From the NCBI GenBank assembly GCA_050230475.1, contig JBFLGF010000017.1:62001-126000 (forward strand): a stretch of DNA of 64,000 nt, in the 5' to 3' direction. Both the position numbers and the translations under genes were made by a program. This DNA comes from Ancylonema sp. Its lineage: Eukaryota. Below, in pieces: positions 13,439-29,900 of this stretch. A model generated the notes under the pieces. The model searched no databases. It was not told where the DNA came from and saw nothing but the letters and a program-made list of their open reading frames with translations. The stretch's first letter is position 1. Each line of letters opens with the position of its first letter.

Positions 13439-14228
13439 CTGTAGAGGAGACTACGAAGTAAATAATATCATTTTTTTGGATATTTTTTGTCCGATCAATG
13501 TGGAGTCAAAAATATGGAGAGACTTCGAGCTGTCCGGACGGGGGTGCCCGCAGTGACTGCGGCGCAATCTCTCCCCTTCTTTTTTTGGTTTTCTGGTCTA
13601 AGGCTTCGCCCCGCAAATTTCGCCCCGATTTTCGCCCCGAACGGCGGCCCGGACGGACAATATTCCGCTCGGGGGGGGGATTTGTACGCATGTGTTTCTC
13701 CTGTTTTAGACGACCGGGGTCGTTATGTCGGTTAAATGCCGGGGACGAATCGCATTGACAGCGACACGCAGGGACGTCCTCATGCCGTCCGCATGCTGAA
13801 AGGTTGCAGAGAACGAACTAGACACATAGCAGATATCGTTTCTAGGGGCGAGAAATTGACATCAACTGCTTTTTACCAACCATTAAGCTTTTGGAAACGT
13901 TGAATGTCGACACGTTGAAACAACTGTCTACCTCCGTATTTGCGCAATCAGGACGACTACAATGGAAGAAAGTTGAAAGTGTGTGTCTTAGAGCTCATCA
14001 GTGGCAGCAATTATGGTGCGTAGACTTATGTCATTTTACCGGTCATATTCTTGCTTGCACCAAGGCCGGGCAATTAATCGTTCCTTTCGGCTTCCAGAAA
14101 GTAATTGCTGTCAGAAATCACTTAGAGCTGCTCATATTTCGTGGGCCAATATTCATAGACTTGCTTCTCCTATGGTTGGAACTGAAGACATGCATCTGGA
14201 ATCAATAAGATATTTCATTGCCGGCTTA

Positions 14229-17409
<3,181 letters not shown>

Positions 17410-19024
17410 CCATGTTGCCCGCTCCAATCTGCACATCCACCACATGTTCATCACAATAAGATGATGGATGATGGATGATGGATGGTGGAGGGTGGATGGT
17501 GGAACATCTCGTTACTCGTGATACCGCTTATGTGGATACTACACAATAAATTTTTTATTTTGTAAAGAAGTGGATCTAATTCTATGGATCCACATTGAAT
17601 ACGGGAATGTTAGGTGATTCACATCAATATGTGGGGTGCCGATGGGGATTTGGCGAATAGAGACGGTTGAGAGATGAGCTCACACATTTGTCAACGGAAT
17701 GGGGCGGCGGGTAGATTGAGATGTTAGCATGTTGGACTCGGTAGGGAACATGCACCCTTCTTCCGGGGAGCTCATTGCGGGAGTATCTTAATTGCGTCAC
17801 AACACTACACAAGTTTTTACATGATCCTAGGTGTTCAAGGTAGTTGTCACCTTTGAGGGGTATGCGGTAGCTCTAGAGCGTTTTGGTACCCTTGCACCCT
17901 TCCTTGCTTGGCTCTTGGTAGGTAAATTCACATTTGTAAATAACCCCGTTACTAATCCTTCCATTGGTGCAACATCAACTTTCAAGTTTACATATTTCTA
18001 TGTTCTACTGTACCAGAGTCCGTAACCGCATATCAGAGAGACATCTCGTTGTTGGCGCTTTGGGATAAAATACAATTTCTTCCGTCTCTCCTTACTTCAA
18101 ATAGAAAGCACGGTTGTTTATATTATGTGCACGGTTTCGTTCATAAATCATCATCAAAAGCCCATTCACGGATACCAAAAGGAAAAAATGAAAGAAAAGG
18201 TGGTAATGGGAATGGAAACCTATTGCCCACCCAGCGTCAAACAACATGTAGACATGATGCGTTCCAACCACAACCGAGGACTCGTTGGAGTGTGATTTTT
18301 CTTGCATATAAAAGAAATATAAGCCACCATATCCTCACATGCACTCAATAAGAGAATCGTCAAAATTCTAGATTTCAATGTTGCTTGAATATTATTGACT
18401 CTTGGTCATTTCGGTACATTCACCACCTCCCTAAAGGTACACACCATCAAGTACCCTCTTTCCACCACCACGCCATGAGTAAGAGATGTCGCCTTGTTTA
18501 CACACACAAACTCGTTGGCAGGAAGTAGAATTCAATAATACTATCACGTCCGTTGTCATTCCATAATAGACATTTGAATTTATAACACATGTTCCACACT
18601 ATGGTTTTGCATCCAAGAGTGCAATCATTGAATTTGATTTAATGTCGTCGTCCTCTACAAAGTGTTACCTTTGGTTGGATGCTCGATCATGTTTCTTCAG
18701 CGCATGTCTAAATGGGCAATTGTGATTCTCTTTCGTATACAAATACTTGACGTTTAGGAATAAAAACAACCAAGAAGTTCTTCGATGGGGAATTTTGATG
18801 TGTTTGATCATTCAAGTACATTTAGCATCTTCTTGATGCTACACCACTCACGAATGTTGCTTCTATAAGGATCCTCTTTCTTCCACCACATCATTGAGTC
18901 AATAGATCGCCTTGGTCACACGCACCAAAAATTGACACAAACTATACCAAAAATCACCTCCAACATCGCATCTCATCTCTATTCATCCAATGTGTCATAC
19001 TCGCGGAAACAATTGCTTTTCATC

Positions 19025-22000
19025 CTACACATCGAAATCCCCGGCAATTCTATCTTGCAACGCCACGGAGGAATACCGCTTCCAAAACCAATGGTTGTCG
19101 ATGTGTGTCACTAAGGTCTCGATCGGAATGTTTTTGGTCTGCAAAGCACAATTGAATACCATCAGATCTCCAGAAAAAAACCCTTATCACGTCATGATAT
19201 CAAACAATGAGATGGGATATGAGACTTCGAGGTCCTACCAAGTAGATGTGATGTCGGACTTGCGTCTATGCAAAAAGTATGACACATTTAACATATTGTT
19301 CGGAAAGCTTTCTATAATGTGTCACCCGCTTGCGAAAGCCGCTTGCGTATCAACATCCTTACCTCGGGTACGAAGAAATAGGCGTAGAGCGTCATGACGA
19401 TCACACAACCACCGAAGTAGTAGAAAATGACGAACCGCATCTTGCACAACATTGTCAAAAAGAGTTGGCCTGTAATGGCCGTGAAGAGAAAGTTTACAGC
19501 CACGTTGATGGCCTGCCCCGTCGACCTCACTTCAAGTGGACACATTTCAGATGGAATCAACCACCCAAGAGGTCCTGCAATCCAAATTGAAACACAGCCG
19601 GAGTTCAAAACCAGATATAAGTAAGATGCCACTACCAACCTAAATCAAGCTTATGAGACCGAGAATGAACATTCGAAGGTGGGGAAAAAAATCCAAAAGG
19701 TACATCGAAATGATCTTACCCCAAGACCATGCGAACGCACTAATAAATGCACAAATGAGAATAATCACGGCCATCGCAAGCCCACTCGAGAGGTTGCCTC
19801 CTTGGAATCCATAAGCCAAAGTCACTCCAATGGTGATCTCCGCCGCGGCCATTTGAAATCCGGCTTCAAGAAGTAGGGGACGATGCCCAAAGCGATCGAC
19901 TACAAACACAATGAGTACACGGAGTATCGACGTGTTACCCCCCATTCGAATCACGGTTTACATGAACAAACTAGGTGCGATTCCATTCGGTTGGGTGCAA
20001 CTTTTTGTAACATGATCGATCACAAATCACATCAACCGAAAGCATGTTGGTAGGTAGGTATCACTTACCGGTGAAGGTAGCCACAAACGTGGCAACCACG
20101 TTTACGGCACCAATTATCAAGGTCGAAAGAAGAGCGTTCCCTTGACCGGATCCAAACGCCGCGAACAGTTGAGGTGCATAGAACATTATACAGTTTATAC
20201 CCGTAAGTTGTTGGAAAAACGGGATTGCGCAACACGTGACGAGTTGTGGCCGGTATTGTTTCCTGAAAAAACAAGGATATGTTAACATCCAACATATCTA
20301 CGTACAAAACATCAAGTGGTTCGATTAATACGAATGCTCGTTTTCTCATTGGGCAAGAGAGATTAAGGGTACGTAATTACATGAAAATGGCCCTCCATGA
20401 CAACTCCATTTTCTTCACCACGTCCACCGCAGCCTGTTGACGAGGGAGGGGACAAAAGGAAAAACGGCATAGCGTGAGCGATGATGCGTATTCGGATTCG
20501 TGACGTTTAGATATGCGTGTGTCGCGAAGCTTAAGGGAGTACCAGAATCTCATTAAATTCGTTGTCGACGTTCTCAACTCCACGGACTTTCCGAAGAATG
20601 GCGCGGCCCTCGTCCAAGCGTCCTCGTTCGATTAGGCTATTTGGCGTTTCCGGCAAGAACAACCCACCGAGAAGGAGCACTAACGCCGGCGCACCATCAA
20701 ACACAAGAATAATAAATTTCATACTTATCATATCTTCTCCCCTTTGTGTTGTTCGTAAAAATACTTACCCGCAACACCAACCGACCATCGCCATCCGCTA
20801 GGCACGTGTTGCATGTACATATTGATGAGCTGGGCCATCAGTATGCCGAGAGTAATTGCAAGCTGTAGACAAACACCACCACAATCGAAAGTGAGATTGG
20901 AAAGATGCGGCCGATTTATATCCAAGCCTTATAGATGAGCGAGAGATGTGTGTTTAAGCACAAAGTAATGAACATAGATAAGGAGTCGTTTCTAGGTGAT
21001 AAAAATTGACGCGTTCTATTCGAATGTGCATGAAAAAATAGGATTGCAAATCAGATAACTTGCCTGGAACAATAAGTTCATTGCTCCTCGCCACCGTGGA
21101 GGTGCCATCTCGGAGTTATAAAGGGCGACGCACTGATTCGCAAATCCTACTCCGAAGCCGAGGAAACATCGGCCGATGACCAACACTACGATGTTTGTTG
21201 TAAAAACAATCCAATCGTCGTTAGGACGGCTCAAGTGGATGCGTTAGGAGGGGGGGCAACTGAAGAAAGAAGAGGAAGGAAAAAAAGAGCATGTTGAAAA
21301 ATAGGAGGAGGAGATGTTGAGGGGGAGGGAGAGGGAGAGGGAGAGGGAGAAGGAAAAGTAGGAGAAGGAAAAGAAAAAGGAGAAGAAAAGGAGAAGAAGA
21401 AGAAAAAGCGAGGAGAAGGAAAAGCAAAAATATGTAGACAAAAAATCGAAACGTAGACGGACAAATAGACCAACCATCAATTCACTTCTCCGTGCGGGGT
21501 TGAGAGGTAGCTCTCACGTGCAAAAGCGACGCATGTTGCACCGATAAGGTACAAAATAGACGCGAACACCATCGAGGCCTTGCGGCCGAGATGCTTCGTC
21601 GATTGCGCCGCCGGAAAGCTGCATGAGTCGAGATGACAAAGGAAAAAGTTTAAACGGTTTTGCCATAAAAATAGTGCAAACATAAATGGTATGTCACAAT
21701 TTGATCATTTTATGACGACGAGCTAGTAGATGTTGCTCACCTTGCTATTAGCCCGGCAATAAAAAGTGAACTCGTGAAGAGTTGGAGATACTGGTTGTCA
21801 TACTTGCACCATTGTGATCCCGAAGCATTGGGCGCATGCTGCTGAGTGTACACTTGTGGGCAAAACTTGTTAAGGAAGCTATCCATGGAGGTGACGCCGC
21901 CTGTCACCCCAATATCGTACCTGAATCATGACATCAAGGAAACTACACGTTAGTTGTTTTTTTTCCACCCCTCTTACTTTTCCACCCCACTTGAATAACG

Positions 22001-22281
22001 AATGAATGAACGGGAAAAAAAAAAAAAAAAAAAAAAAAAGGATTTGAATGCCGACCGGAATGTTGACCAGAATGCAACTAGAATGCCGACCAGAATGGCA
22101 ACTAGATTGCACAAACGCGAGACAACCGAGAAAGCCAAAAGAAAATTAAAAAAGTGTACCCGAAGAGTAGTCCGCCCGAGGCGGCGACGAGACACATTCC
22201 GAGCACGTAGAGAGTCATCCCCCCGGTGTGCTTCATGTCACCGGAAATCGGAAGACGGTTGGTGTCAACGCGTCCTTCCAT
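19025..22281 (-). CDS. STP: MFS sugar porter, STP/HUP-type H+/hexose symporter; multi-exon, with two acceptors that look non-canonical
   Basis: [127 protein letters not shown] and PE/TKNIPIE..HWFWKRY. Confidence 0.92.
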
Positions 22282-24204
22282 GGCGATATATTGATAATCA
22301 AGAGGGACGGATCGAGAGGAGGGATCGGGAAATGCGAGTGAGGGGTACTTTAGGCTTAAGAAAACAATCACATATGCGTCACCAGCGACCTCCGAAACAA
22401 TGAGGGAAGAAACTGCCTTTGTACTGATCGTCTGCTCCCTGGGGTACCTGAGGTCGGTCGGTCGGTCGGTCGGTCGGGTGACACACCTTTGGGGCACATG
22501 GGCACGGACCAGGTGTCCAAATGCGGGTGCATTGCTCGAGATGGATGCCACTTGGAACAATGCGCGCGTCCGAATCGTGGATGGCCGGTGGCAAGCTTGG
22601 AGAGGCGGCAAGAAAAGACAAGGAGAGGCGTGGACGATCTCGGACAGGCGTACAGGAACGCCACCACCATCAGTGGGGGCGGCAGGAGACGAGAAGGCGA
22701 AGCGTGGACCAGATTGGTAAGCTGCTCGTTTCCGCGACGTCGATTGGCCGACATGCATGCGGAAAATGAGACCGCGTGACAGTGTCATGCGTGGTCGTCG
22801 CCGACTGCCGCCTGATTCGTCGGGATTTGGCAGCATCTGGATGGAATGTCGGCCGACTGTCGGTGACGACGCGGATCCGTGATCGCCACGTCACAGAAAT
22901 GTCTCCCGGCTTCACGTGGCCAAGGCCATGGCACGACAAACTCGCGTTTTTTTGAGTTCCGCATTCAGTGGCGAACAATTACCGCCCGCGGTTCAATTTC
23001 ATGTCGAAAATGTTTTGTATCGAATCCCTTTTGTTCGGTATAACCGATCCGGAAATGGCGGATCGCTTGAGCTGCGAGCCTGCTTGAAGGACAGTACTGG
23101 TTTACTATTCATTGGGACAGCCAACAGAGATTCGGGATTTGTCCCGTTTTCATCGTGGGTAGGTCGGTGGAAATAATTGACTAGGTGAGTCGATGGATTC
23201 GGGTCTGTCCCGACCTCGTTTGGATGGTCACCTACTATTCGGGACGCAAAATAGACGGTCTGGCGTTGAAAAACTCGACGTCCGGCAGTACTTAACGGCT
23301 GTCCCGTTGACTGGCACGCTTCGTGCTTGCGATCCCGTTTCCAAACACGTGTTGGTCATCTGTCCCAATTTTAATGAATTGGTTCGCAATTAATCGGGAC
23401 AGCACGTGTAAAATCGGGATAGCACGCGTTAAATCAAGGACAGCCTACTGGATGGCGACAACGGAGTGGATCGTACCAGGTGTCACAACAGCCTTTGGCA
23501 AATTTCGGGACAACATCCCGCTAAACCTGAACAAGGTATCGGGACAGGCATTTCACCGTAGATATGCTTCAAATTGACAGGGTTCAAACTGGCGCGCTAA
23601 AGTACAAGGCAGCAAGCATTTGAAGTTCAAATGTGTCGTAGATAGATGTCGATGTGTCGATATGTGTCTACCTGTAGCTCCTTACAAATTCACACGTCTA
23701 TCCGACGGTACATGTTAGCCAGTAGTGGGGATCTGACGGCTTTCATGACGCAAAATTCGAGTCCCGTGAGAAGGTAAGCAATATCATAGGACAGTAACGG
23801 AGGCATGTCAACCGCACAATCGCTTGGACCAGATCAAGTGAAGACAGTACAGAAGTGTACTCAGAATACACAGAAATCACACAACTTCCGAGCACAACTT
23901 TCGAGTTTCCCGCACTCCAGCCCCCGTTCTTTCATCAGTTTCCAGCCAGCATTCCCGTCACCAATCAGTAAACATGTCTCAGGTCATTGCAGACTCAGCA
24001 TTCGTAAGGGGAAAATCCTAGAGAGGCATTCTCATGCGTGAGGGGTCTCCTTTACCCACTGCTCCTGTGAAGCTGACCGTCCGACGTGCGCCCGTGAAAC
24101 GAGTTCGTCAGCCTCAGTTGGGTGGTGAAATGTCTGCTGACAGCAACCCGAACGCTACTGAAGAAATGTTATACAAATATGGTGTGTAAGAGACTACAAC
24201 GGTT

Positions 24205-25365
24205 GTGCATGAAACCCAAACCGACCAGATGTCAGATTCTGACGATGACACACAGAGTAGGGAAGATACCCAAGTTGCTGATAACTCACTGCCTGAACAA
24301 GTAGAGGTAGAGGAGGTGGAGGAGGATGCAGATGTGCCCTATTGGATTCATGCAACCCCATTTCAGCTGCAGTGGACCGAGAAATATAATACCGGGTTCT
24401 GTAATACCAGGAGAGGGTTGAAAGACACGGATTTTTCTGGGTCCAAAAAGACTAAGGCTGGCCACGTAGAGATGTGTAGACTGCTCTGTATATTGTTTCC
24501 AGAATTGAAGGGAAAGCTCACTCCCGAAATGTGTAGGCGTAGATGGAACACTATTTATGGTGCTGTGAAGAAGTACAATGATGGACAGAAACAAACGGGA
24601 GCTGGTACCACCGGGAAAAAGCCACGGTATTGGTTACAAGTTATGACCTGTATCAACACGGGAGAGCACAGGCAAATCAACCCCCTTGTCATGGTTTCGA
24701 TCCTTCCCGTGGTGGTGACTGGGGAACCCCCGAGACGGATACCCAAGCTACTGTGGCACGGGCTTTGAAGGAGGCACTCGAAGTCGAGGAGATGGTAAGT
24801 ACCCGGGGGTGGGGGGAGTGGGGTTGGGGGTGGGTTTTATTCTCAATATCTCCTCAGTGTATATGCCTCGTACATTGCACTTCTGTTTTCTTTTTATTTC
24901 CAAGAAAATAAACTCGGTTTTAACTTCCCCCCCCCCCCCCCCTTGGTTCAGGAGACGGAAGGAGGCGGCAAACAGTTCTTCCTTCTACCCTCAGAGCGGC
25001 AGGCGGATGCCTTAGCAGCCAAGGCCCGCAAAGCAGCAGCTGCTGCTGCTGCAGTGGATTGTGGTGAAGGCACTTCAAGCATGTTTCCCCAGAAGAGGTC
25101 TGCGAGGCGAGAGCGCCAGAATGTGGCCAAGGAAGCGAAGAAACAGGAGCATACAAGTCAGCTGCTGGATGTGGTGAGAGACGAGGGCAGGCTACTCAGA
25201 GAGACGATGGAGAAGGGGAGGAGGGAAATGTTGTCCATGCTCATGAATTTCCGAAGGCCTGATTACCAACCTCAAGCACCAATGGTGCCAGTTTCGAATA
25301 ACATTGTGTGGGAGGAGAAGGCAGATGTGGACACGGCTCTTGCTATCTACCTGCCAAAGAATTAA
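24205..25365 (+). pseudogene. Myb/SANT-like DNA-binding accessory protein (PIF/Harbinger ORF1-like). Frameshift near 24700, intron 24795-24951, C-terminal coiled coil
   Basis: LTPEMCRRRWNTIYGAVKKY and KPRYW resemble the third helix of Myb/SANT-like domains. There is an acidic N-terminus, a GT-AG intron and a charged helical C-terminus. Confidence 0.55.
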
Positions 25366-26817
25366 TTGGTAATCCCCATGCCTTCGCTCTTTTCCTCATT
25401 CTGAATCCCATGTCTGGTTTGTCTATTTGTGACCATTGATCCTAATGTTTTTTGTGTTTTTGACGTGTGTACAGGTATATTTATTGGATATGGGTCGGTG
25501 GACATCATGTGGAGTTACCACGGAGACGGGGACGTGTTGATGTACGAGTTCATCTGATGGTGGCCATTAGAGGGTTCCCATGGAGGGCGAGGGTGTTACA
25601 CTTCAAGTTTGGGGCGGTGAAGTGTGAAATCGAAATCTTGATTGCCGTTTTTTAATGCCAGCTCATCATAGAGGTCTTCAATTCCGGTCATGCAATGGAA
25701 AATAAGTAGCAATGCTATTGTGGTTGCTTTCTTACTTTCACATTTCCGTTCATTGTAAGTGTTATTGCACTCCCTATTTTGGAAACGATGCTGGAGTTGT
25801 AGATGCGAAAGACAATTAAGATCCGCGTCGGTATTTTCGCACACACGTGTATTTCAATGTAATGTAAATGCCTTCCATTCATTTTGTTCATGCATTCCGT
25901 TCGGATACTAGGTTTGTGAACCCTTCATACAAGTGGTTGTAATGTACACCCCAACATGTATTGAAAAGACACACATGCAGAACTACCCGACTACACTCCT
26001 ACCTCGGATCTGGTAATCTACGCCAAACGTCCATATGATGACCTCTGTTCATTGGGTGTAGTCACGAACTCACGAGAACAGTCCGCAATTCCAAAACAGA
26101 CATGTGTAGGAACAATAGGCCCCCTTCAATGACATAAAGGGGGCAAATATCTTCAGCAAACTGGATCTGAGGTCGTAGTACCATCAGATGCCACTACTCG
26201 AGGAGGACCGTGCCAAGACAACATTATGGGAAGCCAGGCGGATGCTGTGGGAGTCGTGCGTGGTGCCGTTTGGATTGAAGAACGTGCCGCCTTACTTTCA
26301 GCGCTAGATGGACCACATTCTGGGGGGGCTGACATTTGCAAGGTGTTACATTGACGACATCATCGTGTGGAGCAGCACACTCGAAAAGCTATGAGACACT
26401 AGCAGGAGGTCTTCAGACGACTTAGAGCAGCGGGGTTGTAGGTGCACCCCGGGAAGTGTATGTTTGCGGTAGAGAGCATCGACTTCCTGGGGCACAGGAT
26501 CACTGCGGCAGGGTTGCAGCCATAGGAGGAGAAGGTGAAGGCAGTCAGGGATCTGCCAGCTCCTACAGACTTGTCATCGCTAAGGGGGGCGTTGGGGCTA
26601 TTCAGCTACTATCGCTAGTTTGTACCGCACTTCAACACCATTGCCTTCCCGCTCAACAAGCTCTTGCGGAAAGGAGAGGTATGGGAGTGGGGGGGGGAAC
26701 AGAAAGAGGCATTCTTGAAACTGAAGGAGGCGCTGTGTTCGGCTGGGGTGCTGAGGCGACCAGATGGAAGCAAGCCTTTCTACCTTGCTACTGACTGGAG
26801 TCAGAAGGGGATGGGGG

Positions 26818-26960
26818 TGTGAGAGTTACCATCATCCATGATGCCTTCTTTACACCAATAGCTTAAATCTTCAGAATCAAACTTATTCACGACATGCCAT
26901 ACAAGAGAGTCGAGTCTTGATTGCAAAGAGTCCGATTGAATATTATGGCGGCCGCAACTT
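26818..26960 (-). repeat. Truncated Copia 3' LTR (143 bp)
   Basis: Matches the 5' LTR up to GCCGCAACTT, then joins directly to RNase H coding sequence. Confidence 0.9.
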
Positions 26961-29900
26961 CACAACTGCTATGAGTAACCGCCTCTAGCAAGCTACTCCT
27001 CCAGCTGATCGCAGCCCCCCCACTAATGAACACATATCCTCCCATGCCCTTGCGCGTTGCCTCATCATTGCCGTGACTGATGTCTGAGTAGCCCCATACA
27101 GGCAAGTCCCCCCCACTTTGATACAGCAGCCCATGAGTTAAGGTGCCCCTAATGTACCGCAGCACCCTCTTTACTCCCTCCCAGTGTTGGGCTGCTGGGT
27201 TTTGACTGTGGCGGCATTGGCTGTTGACAGCCGCTGCGAGGTCATGACGCGTCCCAGAGCACAGGTAGAGAAGGCTGCCCATTGCAGACCTATAGGGAAC
27301 ATCCGCCACCCCCTCCCAGACGAAGTCTGCCACGGGCCTAGGGTCCTTACAAAAGTCCTTGCCAACCTCAAGAGGGGTGGCTCCAGGGTTGCACGCTAGC
27401 ATATTGAACTTCCCCAGCACCTCTCGTGCGTACTTCTCCTGACAGAGAAACACCCCTCCATCTGGCTGCCTCCTGATCTCTAAGCCCAAAAGGAATTTGG
27501 CTTCCCCCAGATCCTGCATGCGGAACTACTTTTCTAGCTGCACCTTGACTCCGAGAATCCTGCTCAACTCCTTGGACAGGAGAAACAAGTCGTCCACGTA
27601 GAGGGCTAGGTAGAGGGCGTCAGGGCCAGACCCCATGACATACAGCCCGAAATCAGATTGAAGACGAGACGGCGGAATCCTAGTCCCCGTAGAACCTCCT
27701 CGATATGAGCGTTCCACATGCGGGGTGACTGTTTGAGGCCGTACAGGCACCTGAGGAGGAGCCATACCTGTCCTTCATCCCCTGGCTCGCAAGTCCCCTC
27801 AGGTGGCTCCATGTAGATGACCTCCTCCAAAGGGGCGTAGAGGAAAGCGGTCGTGACGTCCATCTGGTGCATGTGCAGCTGTTGGGAGGCACCGAGGGCA
27901 ACCAGCTGACGGATCCCCTCGAAACGCACAGTTGGGGAGAAAGTTTGGTCGTAGTCCACTCTCTCCACCTGGCCGAACCCCTTTCCGACCACCCGCCCCT
28001 TGTACTTGTCTACCTCCCCATTTTCATTTTTCTTTACCCTGAAGACCCACTCGTATTTGACTACTTTCACCCCATGAGGTCGATCCACGACCCGATAGAC
28101 ATTGTTATCCTTCAAGCTGGCCATCTCAGAGTCCATGGCAGCCTGCCACTTGGCACTTTCTGGACTGTTGAGAGGCGGTTGCGACAGATTTTGGTGTGCT
28201 GACCTCTAGAGCGAGGTGTGCAGCGTACCCTGCCACGAATCTGACAAGGGGAATTCCAGAGTCACTCTGCCAATCGGCGGCCCACAGGTGCCCCACCCGC
28301 ATTTCCAAACCCAGTTCCTGTTCTGGCTCCCATCCGAGCCCTAGCAGCAGCACCTCCCACGCCACTTCCCGAGGGACCGGCCCCAACTGGATTCTCAGCG
28401 TCTGCATCGCTGGGATACCATTCAGGGCCGTCCTCCAGCTGCTCCTCCATGGAACTACCCCCGCTTGAGTTGTTGACGAGGTCAGGAGCAGCCTGATCGT
28501 GACGGGGAGGAAGGTCCTAACGTTGAGGTAAAGGATTTCCCACAGCGTCAGGGATTGCATCTTCCCCTCCGCCACCCCAACCTCCCACTCCCCAGCCACC
28601 ACCTCCAGCACCCCCGTTTCCACCAACCGCACCTCCAGCTCCTCCACCACCATCACCCCATCCTCCCCCATCCCCACCTCTAGCTCCTCCACCACCGTCA
28701 GCCCAACCTTCACCACCCCCACCTCCAGCACCCTCACCCTCGCCAGGACCTTCAACTCCAGCACCTGCAGCACCCTAGACGCCATGGCCAGCTTCCCTTG
28801 CAGGTGGCGGCGAAACAGGCCACTGAATCTCCTCAAATTCAGGAGATTCAGCTAGCCTGTTTTTCTTCCCCAGCTGCTGGCCCTTCCACCACTCTGATGG
28901 GACGGATTCGTCGAAATCTGCATGACCGGCACCAACGTTACTGACGACGTTGGTGGTGGGGTCCCACACCCTGTAGCTTGAGTTTTGAAGCCCACATTGA
29001 CCCCTATCTACGCCAAGGGTCCCATCTTCCCTTTGCGATCACGCTTTTCTATCCGCACGTAGACCTTGCAGCCATTGCATATGCGCGCAGGTGACTGACC
29101 GGGTTGCCAGTCCACATCTCCTCCGGGGTTGTTGGGAGGCCTACGACCTGGCAACGATTTCTGAGGTAGGAGGCGAAGGAAATCGCTTCTCCCCAGAGGT
29201 GAGAAGGGAGCTTCATACCGACCAGCTTGGACCGAGCGCGGTCCTAGAGCGGTCTATTCATGCGCTCCGTGATGCCGTTGCCCTGAGGGGTGTGTGGGGG
29301 AGTAGGCTCGTGGTTCGTTCCCCGATTTCGCAGCCAGAGCTGAAATTTCCCCATCAATAAACTCCCCCCCGTTCTTGAGTCTCCCAGATCGCGATCCACT
29401 GTTTTAGCCGCCAAGCAGCCTAGTCCTTGGAGCGCAGAATCTCCACCCAAGAAATCTCCACCCAAGATTTCTTGCTCTACTCGTCGACAAGCACCATATT
29501 ATACTTGCCACCCCCAATGGAGGCTGGAATGAACGGGCCTGCGAGATCCACGGACACCCTACCGAGGCACACCTTCTCTCCGAAATCGGCAGGTTTGCGA
29601 GGGTGCGGCCTGTCTTGCGCTTTCCCCATTTTACAACCCTCGTAGTTGACGAGAGCTCCAGAAATGCCGCCCTCAAGCCCCCTCACCAGATTCAAGCTTG
29701 CCATGGCTCTGAGCACGCGCTCATTGGCGTGCCCCAATCGCACGTGCAAGCGGTTTACGTCAACAGCGGCAAGCGCAGGATTTTTCGAATCTGAGGGGTG
29801 CAGATAAGGGTGTGACGGCCTGCCAGACTTTCCCGAATAGTCGCAACCTGCTTGCCGTCCTCGCGCAGCAGTGGGACTATCTGGCCTCGTTTCCCCGCAC

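Larger units (their letters stand above)
9011..13576. mobile_element. Mutator-like MITE split by a retrotransposon insertion (halves 9011-9142 and 13439-13576)
   Basis: Joining the two halves reproduces the reverse complement of the intact copy at 42242-42521. The termini are G-rich and C-rich, with 9-bp T-rich flanks (TTTTTTTTT / TTCTTTTTT). Confidence 0.75.

Noticed and set aside
22102..22836. 244-aa ORF as an N-terminal extension of STP
   Set aside because: Family similarity starts at ATG 22281; the upstream part is low-complexity 5' UTR/promoter with a (GGTC)n repeat.
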